Shown: positions 40,767-50,081 of the stretch, one piece after another
Layout of the letters: each line of letters starts with the position of its first letter
How positions within the stretch are numbered: the stretch's first letter is position 1
Assembly (NCBI GenBank): GCA_947503135.1
Contig: CANNCQ010000002.1
Coordinates: forward strand, 8,643-72,642
Origin: an uncultured Aquimarina sp.
Lineage (GTDB): Bacteria; Bacteroidota; Bacteroidia; Flavobacteriales; Flavobacteriaceae
Direction: 5' to 3'
DNA length: 64,000 nt
Translations under genes and position numbers: made by a program
The notes under the pieces: generated by a model
What the model was told of the DNA's origin: nothing
Database searches by the model: none
What the model saw: the letters and a program-made list of their open reading frames with translations, nothing else

Positions 40767-41498
40767 ATGAGATTAATACCAGCCATAGATATTATAGACG
40801 GTAAATGTGTTCGCCTTTCTAAAGGCGATTATAACACAAAAAAAATTTACAACGAAAGCCCTTTAGAAGTAGCAAAAGAGTTTGAAGCTCATGGAATTGA
40901 GTACTTGCATTTAGTAGACTTGGACGGAGCAAAATCAAAACATATTGTAAATCACAAAGTATTAGAAGCAATAGCCTCACAAACCAATTTAAAAATTGAT
41001 TTTGGAGGTGGCTTAAAAACCGACGAAGATTTACGCATAGCTTTTGAAAGCGGAGCCAATCAAATTACAGGAGGAAGTATTGCAGTTAAAGATCCTGAGA
41101 CTTTTAAAAATTGGTTTGTGCAATTTGGAGCCGATAAAATAATTTTAGGTGCAGATGCCAATAATGAAAAAATAGCCGTTAGTGGTTGGTTGGAAGAAAG
41201 CGATCAAGAGCTTATTCCTTTCGTACAAGCATATCAAGAACAAGGAGTTAGTTATGTAATTTGTACCGACATTAGTAAGGACGGAATGCTTCAAGGTCCT
41301 TCATTTGATTTATATCAAAAAATGCTAAAAGAAATTCCTAACATTAAGCTAATTGCTTCGGGAGGGATTTCTACTTTTAACGAATTACCTAAACTGGCTG
41401 AAATAGGTTGTGAGGGAACAATTATCGGAAAAGCGATATATGAAAATAGAATTTCAATGAAGCAATTGGAAGATTATATATTAAATAGTACCAAGTAA
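40767..41498 (+). CDS. hisA: ProFAR isomerase (1-(5-phosphoribosyl)-5-[(5-phosphoribosylamino)methylideneamino]imidazole-4-carboxamide isomerase)
   Basis: '[14 protein letters not shown]', 'LHLVDLDGA', 'GGGLKT' and 'ASGGIS'. Confidence 0.9.
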   Translation: MRLIPAIDIIDGKCVRLSKGDYNTKKIYNESPLEVAKEFEAHGIEYLHLVDLDGAKSKHIVNHKVLEAIASQTNLKIDFGGGLKTDEDLRIAFESGANQITGGSIAVKDPETFKNWFVQFGADKIILGADANNEKIAVSGWLEESDQELIPFVQAYQEQGVSYVICTDISKDGMLQGPSFDLYQKMLKEIPNIKLIASGGISTFNELPKLAEIGCEGTIIGKAIYENRISMKQLEDYILNSTK

Positions 41499-41555
41499 TT
41501 GGTTTAAGGTGTAAAGTAGGCTTGCTTTGTGCTTAAAACTCCATACTAATAACAT

Positions 41556-42311
41556 ATGTTAACAAAAAGAATTGTACCCTGTTTAGATATAAAAAACGGT
41601 CGCACCGTAAAAGGAGTGAATTTTGTAGATTTACGTGATGCAGGTGACCCTGTAGAATTAGCGGCAATTTATGCAAAAACAGGAGCCGATGAGTTGGTTT
41701 TTTTAGATATATCGGCAACAGAAGAACGCCGAAAAACATTAGCTAATTTAGTGCGCAACGTAGCCGAAAAAGTAAATATTCCGTTTACAGTAGGCGGAGG
41801 AATTTCATCGGTCGAAGACGTAGATATTTTACTTCAAAACGGTGCTGATAAGGTTTCTGTTAATTCTTCGGCTGTAAAGCGTCCAGAATTAATAAACGAA
41901 CTTTCGGCTAAGTTCGGTAGTCAGTGTATTACAGTAGCTATCGACGCCAAGCAAATCAACGGTCAATGGATTGTTCATTTAGTAGGAGGAAAAGTTCCCA
42001 CAGAGCTTAATTTGTTTGATTGGGCTAAGGAAGTTGAATCTCGTGGAGCGGGAGAAATTTTATTTACGTCCATGGATAATGACGGCACTAAAGATGGTTT
42101 TGCAAACGAGGCTCTAGCTCGTTTAAGTACCGAACTTAATATTCCAATTATAGCTTCTGGAGGAGCAGGAAATATGCAACATTTTGTAGATACCTTTAAA
42201 AAAGGAAAGTCCGATGCTGCTTTAGCTGCTAGTGTTTTTCATTTTAAAGAAATAGGAATTCCTGAGTTAAAAGAAAAATTGAAACAAGAAGGTATAGCGG
42301 TTAGAATTTAA
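41556..42311 (+). CDS. hisF: Imidazole glycerol phosphate synthase, cyclase subunit
   Basis: '[19 protein letters not shown]', '[11 protein letters not shown]', 'TVGGGI' and 'ASGGAG'. Confidence 0.92.
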   Translation: MLTKRIVPCLDIKNGRTVKGVNFVDLRDAGDPVELAAIYAKTGADELVFLDISATEERRKTLANLVRNVAEKVNIPFTVGGGISSVEDVDILLQNGADKVSVNSSAVKRPELINELSAKFGSQCITVAIDAKQINGQWIVHLVGGKVPTELNLFDWAKEVESRGAGEILFTSMDNDGTKDGFANEALARLSTELNIPIIASGGAGNMQHFVDTFKKGKSDAALAASVFHFKEIGIPELKEKLKQEGIAVRI

Positions 42312-42354
42312 AATAGTTTTATATTTAAAGCATTAATTTATAGTATTATACAAA

Positions 42355-43050
42355 ATGGAAAACCAAATTTTACCAATTAGTACTTTATCAGAAGAGCGCA
42401 AAGTTGCCTTCTATCAAAAGACATACACACATTTAGCCTTTGCAGTTTTACTTTTTGTAGCTGTAGAATGGCTTTTTTTCCAGAGTGAAACCATTGTAAA
42501 TTTTGCATTTTCCATGACTCAAGGTTGGAGGTGGCTTTTAATGTTAGGTGGTTTTATGGTAGCAACCAACTATGCCGAAAAAATGGCTTTAAACAATCAT
42601 AACATCAATCAACAATACGCAGGGTTATTGATATACGTAATTGCTGAAGCCTTCATTTTTATACCACTAATAGGTATAGCCATGACTATTGCCGAATCAG
42701 GTGGAGTTAACATATTAAATCAAGCAGCAATTTTAACATTATCATTATTTACAGGATTATCTGCTGTAGCTTTATTATCAAAAAAAGATTTTTCTTTTTT
42801 AAGGTCTATATTAACTATAGGTTTTATGATTGCATTAGGATTAATTGTTGCAGGTACCTTATTTGGTTTTAATTTAGGTCTTTGGTTTAGTGTTGGGATG
42901 GTTGTATTGGCTTCCGGATCTATACTGTACCAAACCTCTAACATGGTGTATAAATACAGTGAAGATCAGTATGTAGGGGCTTCTTTAGGATTATTTGCCT
43001 CATTAATGTTACTTTTTTGGTACATACTAAGCATACTGTCCAATGATTAA
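42355..43050 (+). CDS. Bax inhibitor-1 / YccA family membrane protein
   Basis: Seven hydrophobic segments. 'FYQKTYTHLAFAVL' is a typical N-terminal region of BI-1/YccA. Confidence 0.75.
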   Translation: MENQILPISTLSEERKVAFYQKTYTHLAFAVLLFVAVEWLFFQSETIVNFAFSMTQGWRWLLMLGGFMVATNYAEKMALNNHNINQQYAGLLIYVIAEAFIFIPLIGIAMTIAESGGVNILNQAAILTLSLFTGLSAVALLSKKDFSFLRSILTIGFMIALGLIVAGTLFGFNLGLWFSVGMVVLASGSILYQTSNMVYKYSEDQYVGASLGLFASLMLLFWYILSILSND

Positions 43051-43073
43051 CAAAATGTATAGTAACAAATACC

Positions 43074-43109
43074 AAAAAACTGCTAAAGAAATTCTTTAGC
43101 AGTTTTTTT
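43074..43109 (+). terminator. Intrinsic terminator after the BI-1/YccA gene
   Basis: A6 - ctgctaaagaa / ttctttagcag (11-nt arms) - T7. Confidence 0.85.
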
Positions 43110-43147
43110 ATAGCATAAAGGTTTATTTTAGAATTAAATATATATCC

Positions 43148-43699
43148 ATGAATAATAAAGAAATTGCGATACTGGCAGGCGGATGTTTTTGGTGTACAGA
43201 AGCTGTTTTTCAACGATTAGAAGGAGTTCAAAAAGTTAGATCTGGGTTTAGTGGAGGCCATATTAAAAACCCTGCGTACAGAGAGGTAACTACAGAACGC
43301 ACAGGACATGCAGAGGCTATTGAAATAACTTTTGATAATGAGGTAATACAATTTCAACAGCTATTAGAAGTTTTTTTTGCAACTCACGATCCTACAACTT
43401 TAAATAGGCAAGGGGCAGACAAAGGAACTCATTACAGGAGTGCTGTGTTTTATACTTCTGAAGAGCAAAAACTAATTTCCGAAGCTTATATTAAGCAATT
43501 AGAAGAAGCATCAGTTTTTCCAGACAAAATAGTTACAGAGGTCACTAAGTTTGAAGCTTTTTATCCTGCGGAAGATTATCATAACGACTACTTCAATCAA
43601 AATAAAGAACAAGGCTATTGCAAGTTTGTTATTCAACCTAAAATAGATAAGTTAAATACTTATTTCCGTAAAGAAATAAAAAAAGATTTTTTGGAATAA
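43148..43699 (+). CDS. msrA: Peptide-methionine (S)-S-oxide reductase
   Basis: Active site 'AGGCFWCTEAVF', 'GHAEAI' and 'DPTTLNRQGADKGTHYRS'. Confidence 0.92.
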   Translation: MNNKEIAILAGGCFWCTEAVFQRLEGVQKVRSGFSGGHIKNPAYREVTTERTGHAEAIEITFDNEVIQFQQLLEVFFATHDPTTLNRQGADKGTHYRSAVFYTSEEQKLISEAYIKQLEEASVFPDKIVTEVTKFEAFYPAEDYHNDYFNQNKEQGYCKFVIQPKIDKLNTYFRKEIKKDFLE

Positions 43700-43726
43700 G
43701 ATTTGTACTACAAATATAAAAGCACA

Positions 43727-44005
43727 ATGAATAAATTTACTATTTTATTTCTAAGCCTATTATTTGATGGCATAGGAATGATTTCTTATACGATACTAGG
43801 TTTCGGAGAAGCTACTGACGCAGTTTGGGCACCAATTTCTGCATGGTTAATGACAAAGTTATATAAAGGCAAAGAAGGTAAAATAGCCGGGGTCATTACT
43901 TTTATAGAAGAAGCTATACCTGGTATTGATATTATACCCACTTTTACATTAATGTGGATATACACTTACATTATCTCTAATAAAAGTTCTGAAAATTCTA
44001 AGTAA
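43727..44005 (+). CDS. Small integral membrane protein, unknown function
   Basis: 92 aa from ATG 43727 with two to three hydrophobic helices. Starts within 30 nt of the msrA stop. No motif recognised. Confidence 0.45.
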   Translation: MNKFTILFLSLLFDGIGMISYTILGFGEATDAVWAPISAWLMTKLYKGKEGKIAGVITFIEEAIPGIDIIPTFTLMWIYTYIISNKSSENSK

Positions 44006-44080
44006 ATACTAAAGAGAATTACTGTAATTGGTAAAAAAGTATTTTCAATTTTTAAAAATACAAAACAGCATATATACTTT

Positions 44081-44599
44081 ATGAAATTAGTAAAAACTAT
44101 TATTTTTTTAGCATCAACAGCGCTTGTAATTTCCTGTGGAACTAGTGAACGAATAATTACTAAAAAAGGGGAAGTTTACGATGTTAAAGGAAAAAAAATA
44201 CAAAAGGCAGGTACGAATATTACAAAAACATTGAGTTCTTCAGAAAAAAAGAATATTTATGATTTGGTTGATTTAACAGTAGAACAAAGAAAAGAAGAGT
44301 TAAAACAGCTTAAAGAGTTAGAAAAGGGGATTGATAAGCAAAAGCAAATAGAAGAGGAAGCTAAAATTAAAAAAGAGGCTTTTCAAAGTCAATTAGAAAG
44401 TTTAAAGAGTAAAATTAAAACGAATACCGAAGCTAAGACAAACTACATAAAGTTAAAAAACAACTATAATAAAGAACAAAAAGTGTTTAATGCTTTGAAA
44501 GCTAAAGGAGAACTTTCAGAATCCAAATTAAGGGAATGGAATGATAAATTAGGTAAGCTTGAGCAAAAATTAAACTCAGCAAAATCAAAAATTAATTAA
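44081..44599 (+). CDS. Coiled-coil lipoprotein, unknown function
   Basis: Lipobox 'ALVISCG'. Lys/Glu-rich heptad-like sequence over about 110 aa. Confidence 0.55.
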   Translation: MKLVKTIIFLASTALVISCGTSERIITKKGEVYDVKGKKIQKAGTNITKTLSSSEKKNIYDLVDLTVEQRKEELKQLKELEKGIDKQKQIEEEAKIKKEAFQSQLESLKSKIKTNTEAKTNYIKLKNNYNKEQKVFNALKAKGELSESKLREWNDKLGKLEQKLNSAKSKIN

Positions 44600-44702
44600 T
44601 CTTCAACCAATATATTAGAATCTCCCTATTTCATTGGCTATAAAAATATAAACCGTTATTTTTAGGTAATTATTATAAATAAAAGCTAAGAAAAAGTAAA
44701 AA

Positions 44703-45725
44703 ATGAAAATTAACGATAAATCAAATTACCAAAAATACCACCCGAATAATAAGCGTTATGAGGAAATGAATTACAATAGAAGCGGTAAGAGTGGAGTTTT
44801 ATTACCGTCTATTTCTTTAGGATTATGGCATAACTTTGGCAAATATGATTTACAAGCAAATGCAGAAGCTATTTTAAGAACAGCCTTCGACAATGGAATT
44901 ACACACTTTGACTTAGCCAATAATTATGGACCACCATTTGGCAGTGCAGAGGCCAATTTCGGAATGTTGTATAAGCAAAATTTTGAGGGCTACCGTGATG
45001 AGCTTTTTATAGCTACTAAAGCAGGTTACGACATGTGGGAAGGACCTTACGGAAACTTTGGATCACGTAAATATTTAATTTCAAGTTTGGATCAAAGTTT
45101 AAAACGAATGAATTTAGACTATGTAGATGTGTTTTATCACCATAGGCCAGACCCAGATACTCCTTTAGAAGAAACAGCCATAGCTTTACATGATATTGTA
45201 AGGCAAGGAAAAGCACTTTATGTTGGAATTTCTAATTATGAAGCTGAGGGTATTATAGAAATGAGTAAACTTTTAAAAGAACTTAAAGTTCCTTTTATCA
45301 TAGAACAAGCAAAGTATTCAATGCTCGATCGGAGTATCGAAAAAACTATTTTACCAACTATAATTAAACAGAATTTAGGATGTATTGCTTTTTCTCCTTT
45401 GGCACAGGGTATGTTAACAAATAAATACATTGACGGCATACCAACAAATTCTAGAGCAGCAAAAGGGAAAACATATTTAGAAATTAATGAGGTTGAGGAA
45501 AAGTTACCAATTATTAAAGCGCTAAATGCGATTGCACAAAATAGAGGTCAAGAACTGCATCAAATGGCTATTTCATGGTTATTAAATCAAAAAGGAATAA
45601 CCTCTGTTTTAGTAGGTGCAAGTAGTCCAAATCAATTGATAGATAATTTAAAAGCTACAAAAAACACTGAATTTTCTACAGAGGAACTTACGCAAATAAA
45701 TAAGCTAACTTCAGATTTCTTATAA
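44703..45725 (+). CDS. Aldo/keto reductase (YghZ/Gpr-like L-glyceraldehyde-3-phosphate reductase family)
   Basis: 'RSGKSGVLLPSISLGLWHNFG', 'FDLANNYG', 'ATKAG' and 'YHHRPD'. Confidence 0.8.
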   Translation: MKINDKSNYQKYHPNNKRYEEMNYNRSGKSGVLLPSISLGLWHNFGKYDLQANAEAILRTAFDNGITHFDLANNYGPPFGSAEANFGMLYKQNFEGYRDELFIATKAGYDMWEGPYGNFGSRKYLISSLDQSLKRMNLDYVDVFYHHRPDPDTPLEETAIALHDIVRQGKALYVGISNYEAEGIIEMSKLLKELKVPFIIEQAKYSMLDRSIEKTILPTIIKQNLGCIAFSPLAQGMLTNKYIDGIPTNSRAAKGKTYLEINEVEEKLPIIKALNAIAQNRGQELHQMAISWLLNQKGITSVLVGASSPNQLIDNLKATKNTEFSTEELTQINKLTSDFL

Positions 45726-45810
45726 AATTAGTTATTTTAGTATACTAAAGAGCATTTTAATATGTTAATGAAATAAATACATTATTTTTGAACTGTATTG
45801 ATATTGATTT

Positions 45811-46560
45811 ATGAAGTATATTTTAAGCTTGTTTTTTACATTAAACCTTATGTTGAGTTATGCTCAATCAAATAGGGTGTCACTTAATTTACCGACTGAA
45901 GATTTTCAATTCTTTTCTGATGCGATAGCTAATAACATTAGACTTTATAAAGTTAATAGTCAAGTAGCAAATGAAAAAGAAGATGTTGAACGTGCTCAAT
46001 TTTTGTTTGATTCACTAGTAAATAACTGTTTAAAAGGAACACATTTTGATAATTTTTTGGTAAACGATTATAAAAGTGGTCAAGAAAGGTATTTGGAAAC
46101 TTTTACCAAGCCAATTTATTTTAAAACAACGGCAACTTGGTGTGAACCTAATGAATCAGAAATTCAAGCATTAAATGATGTCGCTAAAGAATTCGGAGAT
46201 GTAATTGATTTTGTGGTTTTATATTGGGATAAAAGGAATAATCCTGAACTTTCAAAAAAAGCATATAATAACAACATCTCTATTGTTTATGTTGATGAGT
46301 TAGAAAATTATAACTCAGCTATTGTGCATACGGTAAAACATTCATTAGGTATGCCTTCAATAATATTAATGGATAGTCAGCGTACGGTTATAGATATAAC
46401 TAAAAATGTATCGCCAATATTTACAAGTCGTAAAGAATCAGAATTTGTCAAATATGGAGAATTCAATCCACCAACAAGTAAAGATCACTTTGTAAATAGT
46501 TACAGTACTTACTTCGATGCTATTGTGAAAGATGTTAATACAATTCTTCAAAATATATAG
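45811..46560 (+). CDS. Secreted thioredoxin-fold (TlpA-like) protein with a single-Cys 'WCEPN' site
   Basis: Signal peptide 'MKYILSLFFTLNLMLSYAQ'. 'KTTATWCEPNESEIQALNDV' aligns by eye to the TlpA 'ATWCxPC' site, with the second Cys replaced by Asn. Confidence 0.5.
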   Translation: MKYILSLFFTLNLMLSYAQSNRVSLNLPTEDFQFFSDAIANNIRLYKVNSQVANEKEDVERAQFLFDSLVNNCLKGTHFDNFLVNDYKSGQERYLETFTKPIYFKTTATWCEPNESEIQALNDVAKEFGDVIDFVVLYWDKRNNPELSKKAYNNNISIVYVDELENYNSAIVHTVKHSLGMPSIILMDSQRTVIDITKNVSPIFTSRKESEFVKYGEFNPPTSKDHFVNSYSTYFDAIVKDVNTILQNI

Positions 46561-46624
46561 TATTACAATATCTTTCCGATTATTTTTGTTGTTGATTTTA
46601 TAAGAATATTAAAAAAACTCATTC

Positions 46625-47683
46625 ATGATAAATTTATATAATTCTCAAATCGAGTCCTTATCGGTTCATCGTGTAGGAAACAAAAGTAGAAATGAAGCTT
46701 TATTTTTATCTCAAAATCCTTATCAGTTTAATGATGAATTGAATGCGCTTTTAAAAGAATATTTTTTTAAAGCTTTCCGAGAAAAAGAAGAAAACTATTT
46801 TCAATTTACAAATGAGGTTGATCTTGAATTTAATCCTTTGTACAAAATAGCTTCCGATATTTTTGCAGATCCTAGTTCGGCACATGAACAATCAAAACGT
46901 ATAGGTAATTTATTGTACGATCAATCTCAGCATCCACATATTAAAAGCGGAGAGTTATATGTAACTTATTTAGAAAATTGTTTATTAGATAATAAAAAAG
47001 TAAACGCCATAGGTATTTTTAAATCGGAATTAAAACATGATTTTCTTCAGTTTGAAGAACAGTCCTCGGACTTACATTTGTTATTACAACAAGGGGTTTC
47101 TTTAAATAAATTAGATAAAGGATGTTTAATTTTTGAAAGCGAAAAAGAATCTGGTTACCGTATTTTATCAGTGGATTCAAATAGGTATGATACGAAGTAT
47201 TGGTTGGAACAATTTTTAGGAGTAGAAGCCTTTGCTGATAGTAATTTTCACACAAAAAAATATATTAAGTTTTGTCAAGATTTTGCCAAAGACGTTATTT
47301 TGCCTTCCGAAGATAAAAAGGAAGAAGTTATGTTTATGAACAGGGCTGTAAACCATTTTGCTAAAAACGATAACTTTGAGGAGACTAGTTTTTTAAATGA
47401 TGTTATTGAAAACCCAGAGTTAATCCCGGAATTTAAACACTACAAAGTAGAAAAAGCACCCAAGTATCAAATTGAAGATCTAACAGAATTCCCGATAGCA
47501 AATACAGCAGTATCTGATGCACGTAAAAAAATTAAAAACGTAATAAACTTAGATACCAATGTGCAAATTAAGATGGATTTTATAAATCCTGAATCTGCTG
47601 AAAAGTTTATAGAAAAAGGTTGGGACGAAGAAAAGCAGATGTACTATTATTTAGTGTATTTTAATAAAGAGCAAAAGGATTAA
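46625..47683 (+). CDS. Nucleoid-associated protein, NdpA/YejK-like
   Basis: N-terminal 'IESLSVHRVGNK' and a size of about 350 aa are typical of the NdpA (37-kDa nucleoid-associated) family in Bacteroidota. Confidence 0.6.
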   Translation: MINLYNSQIESLSVHRVGNKSRNEALFLSQNPYQFNDELNALLKEYFFKAFREKEENYFQFTNEVDLEFNPLYKIASDIFADPSSAHEQSKRIGNLLYDQSQHPHIKSGELYVTYLENCLLDNKKVNAIGIFKSELKHDFLQFEEQSSDLHLLLQQGVSLNKLDKGCLIFESEKESGYRILSVDSNRYDTKYWLEQFLGVEAFADSNFHTKKYIKFCQDFAKDVILPSEDKKEEVMFMNRAVNHFAKNDNFEETSFLNDVIENPELIPEFKHYKVEKAPKYQIEDLTEFPIANTAVSDARKKIKNVINLDTNVQIKMDFINPESAEKFIEKGWDEEKQMYYYLVYFNKEQKD

Positions 47684-47716
47684 TTGTTATTAAATTATTT
47701 CTTTTAAAAGTTCATA

Positions 47717-47748
47717 AAACCCCGGAATATATCATATTCTGGGGTTTT
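47717..47748 (+). terminator. Intrinsic terminator after the NdpA-like gene
   Basis: ccccggaatat - atc - atattctgggg (one G-U pair), followed by TTTT. Confidence 0.75.
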
Positions 47749-47819
47749 CGTTTAAATGACAAAGAAAACAACTTTTTAAACCCTAAGCTTTAGTTTACCT
47801 TTGTAGGAAACTAAACGAT

Positions 47820-48929
47820 ATGACATTTCAACAATTAGGTATTTCTGAAGATTTAAATAAAGGATTAGGGGAATTGGGTATTAAATCTCCTACCAAAATT
47901 CAAGAACAAGCTATCCCTGTATTGTTAGAAGGAAGGAATGACTTTATTGGTAAAGCTCAAACGGGAACAGGTAAAACAGCCGCTTTTGGATTGCCTTTAT
48001 TAATGCAAATTAATCCTGCAAAAAACATTACCCAAAGCTTAATATTAGCACCTACTCGTGAATTAGCCCAACAAATAGCCAAACAGTTATTTAAGTTTAC
48101 TAAATACAGCGAAAAAGTATTTACAGAAGCAGTGTATGGAGGAGAAAAAATAGATAGACAAATACAACGTTTACAACGTCCTACTCACATTATTGTAGCT
48201 ACTCCTGGGCGCTTAGTAGATCTAATAAAGCGCAAAGCCGTTGATATACGATACATTAAAACAATTGTATTAGATGAAGCTGATGAAATGCTTAGTATGG
48301 GTTTCAAAAAAGAGCTAGAATTTATACTGAAAACAATTAACGAACAGCGTAATGTTTGGATGTTTTCGGCGACAATGCCTGTTGAACTACAAAATATCGT
48401 AAATAAATACGTTTCACCCAGAGTAATTACTGTAGAAATAGACAAAAAAGACACTACTAATAAAAATATTCAACATCAGTTTGTGGTAGGTGAAGATGGG
48501 AATAAGGTAGATACAATGACATTTTTTTTAAAAACTCAAAAAAAAGACAGAGGAATTATTTTTTGTAGAACCAAGGTCGCAGCGCGTAAGTTAACAGAGC
48601 AGTTACAACAACGTAATTTTGAAATAGGGATTTTGGAGGGAGATATGAATCAAAAAGATCGCGATAAAGTTATGCGCGCTTTTAAAAATAAAAAAATTAA
48701 TTTATTGGTAGCTACGGATGTAGCAGCAAGAGGTATTGATGTTGATAATTTAGCTTTTGTATTACATTATCAATTACCCGATCAGGCAGAGTATTATATA
48801 CATCGTAGTGGACGAACAGCAAGGGGAGGAAAAACAGGAGTTTCACTTGCGTTTCTAGACCACTCGGAAGTAAAATATTTAAGAACTCTTGAAAAAACGT
48901 TAGGATTAAATTTTAGTCAAATACGCTAA
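47820..48929 (+). CDS. DEAD-box ATP-dependent RNA helicase (core only, no C-terminal extension)
   Basis: Q-motif region, 'AQTGTGKT', 'PTRELA', 'DEAD', 'SAT' and 'HRSGRTARGG'. Confidence 0.92.
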   Translation: MTFQQLGISEDLNKGLGELGIKSPTKIQEQAIPVLLEGRNDFIGKAQTGTGKTAAFGLPLLMQINPAKNITQSLILAPTRELAQQIAKQLFKFTKYSEKVFTEAVYGGEKIDRQIQRLQRPTHIIVATPGRLVDLIKRKAVDIRYIKTIVLDEADEMLSMGFKKELEFILKTINEQRNVWMFSATMPVELQNIVNKYVSPRVITVEIDKKDTTNKNIQHQFVVGEDGNKVDTMTFFLKTQKKDRGIIFCRTKVAARKLTEQLQQRNFEIGILEGDMNQKDRDKVMRAFKNKKINLLVATDVAARGIDVDNLAFVLHYQLPDQAEYYIHRSGRTARGGKTGVSLAFLDHSEVKYLRTLEKTLGLNFSQIR

Positions 48930-48991
48930 TTTTTTAAATTGTTTTTAAAAGGATTCTAAAAAAAATGTAAACTGTGTTTTATTAGTAAACT

Positions 48992-49975
48992 ATGAAAAAA
49001 AGAAAATTAGGAAACGAAGGATTTGAAATTAGTGAAGTTGGTTTGGGTTGTTGGCAAATTGGTGGCGACTGGGGAAATGGAATTTCCAAAGAAAAAGCTT
49101 TTGAAATTTTAACAGCAGCAGTAGATAGTGGGATTACTTTTTTTGACACTGCCGATGTTTATGGTGATGGTAAAAGTGAAGAGTTAATAGGGGAGTTCTT
49201 AAAGAGCACTGATGTAAAAATTAAAGTAGCCACTAAGTTTGGTCGTAGGGCAGAGGTGTACCCCGATAAGTATACAGAAACAGCCTTAAGAAGCTGTGTG
49301 GAGTCCTCATTAAAACGCCTGCAGGTAACTTGTATTGACTTACTGCAATTACATTGTATACCTACTGAGATTTTAAGAAAAGGCGAAATTTTTGATTGGC
49401 TACGTGCATTACAAGCCGAAGGTAAAATAACTCATTTTGGAGCTAGTGTTGAAAGTGTGGAAGAAGGGTTATTGTGTTTAAAACAAGAAGGAATTCAGTC
49501 GTTACAAGTTATTTACAATATATTTAGGCAAAAGTTAGCCAAGGAATTATTGCCGCAAGCTAATGAAAAAGGAGTAGGTATTATTGTACGATTACCTTTA
49601 GCTAGTGGGTTGCTAACGGGTAAGTTTTCAAGTGATACCAAATTCGAAGAAAGTGATCATAGGAACTTTAATCGTGATGGTCAATTTTTTAATGTAGGTG
49701 AAACTTTTGCAGGCTTGCCATTTGAAAAAGGAGTAGCATTATCCAACGAATTAAAACAATTTTGTCCTACTGATTTAAGTATGGCAGAAATGTCACTAAG
49801 GTGGTTGTTGGATCATAACGAGGTTACTACAATTATTCCTGGAGCGAGTTCTCCTCAACAAGTTTTCAACAATGCAAAAGTAAGTGAGCTAGGGGTGCTT
49901 TCTGAACAATTAGTAACTGACTTAAGAAAGTATTACAATAATAATATTCATGATTATATAAGAGGAGTATATTAA
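48992..49975 (+). CDS. Aldo/keto reductase
   Basis: 'LGCWQIGGDWG', 'FFDTADVYGDGKSE', 'ATKFG' and 'LQLH'. Confidence 0.8.
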   Translation: MKKRKLGNEGFEISEVGLGCWQIGGDWGNGISKEKAFEILTAAVDSGITFFDTADVYGDGKSEELIGEFLKSTDVKIKVATKFGRRAEVYPDKYTETALRSCVESSLKRLQVTCIDLLQLHCIPTEILRKGEIFDWLRALQAEGKITHFGASVESVEEGLLCLKQEGIQSLQVIYNIFRQKLAKELLPQANEKGVGIIVRLPLASGLLTGKFSSDTKFEESDHRNFNRDGQFFNVGETFAGLPFEKGVALSNELKQFCPTDLSMAEMSLRWLLDHNEVTTIIPGASSPQQVFNNAKVSELGVLSEQLVTDLRKYYNNNIHDYIRGVY

Positions 49976-50022
49976 GTTTTAGAGGTGATAAAAATGTTTT
50001 ACACCAAAATAAGATAAGGCAC

Positions 50023-50058
50023 AAAAAAAGCTAATCATTAAAAATGATTAGCTTTTTT
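50023..50058. terminator. Bidirectional terminator between the aldo/keto reductase and the giant gene
   Basis: A7 - gctaatcatt - loop - aatgattagc - T6. Confidence 0.85.
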
Positions 50059-50081
50059 ATACTAGTGTGCTCAATAAATAA

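Noticed and set aside
41533-41739. 68-aa - strand ORF overlapping the hisF start
   Set aside because: It is antisense to the highly conserved hisF N-terminus and has no features.
45741-45754. Perfect 14-nt palindrome tttagtatactaaa after the first aldo/keto reductase, superficially similar to the glg upstream TAGTAT half-sites
   Set aside because: It is a single short AT-rich palindrome with no second copy and a different arm sequence (TAGTAT/ATACTA versus AGTATT/AATACT), which is insufficient to link it to a regulon.
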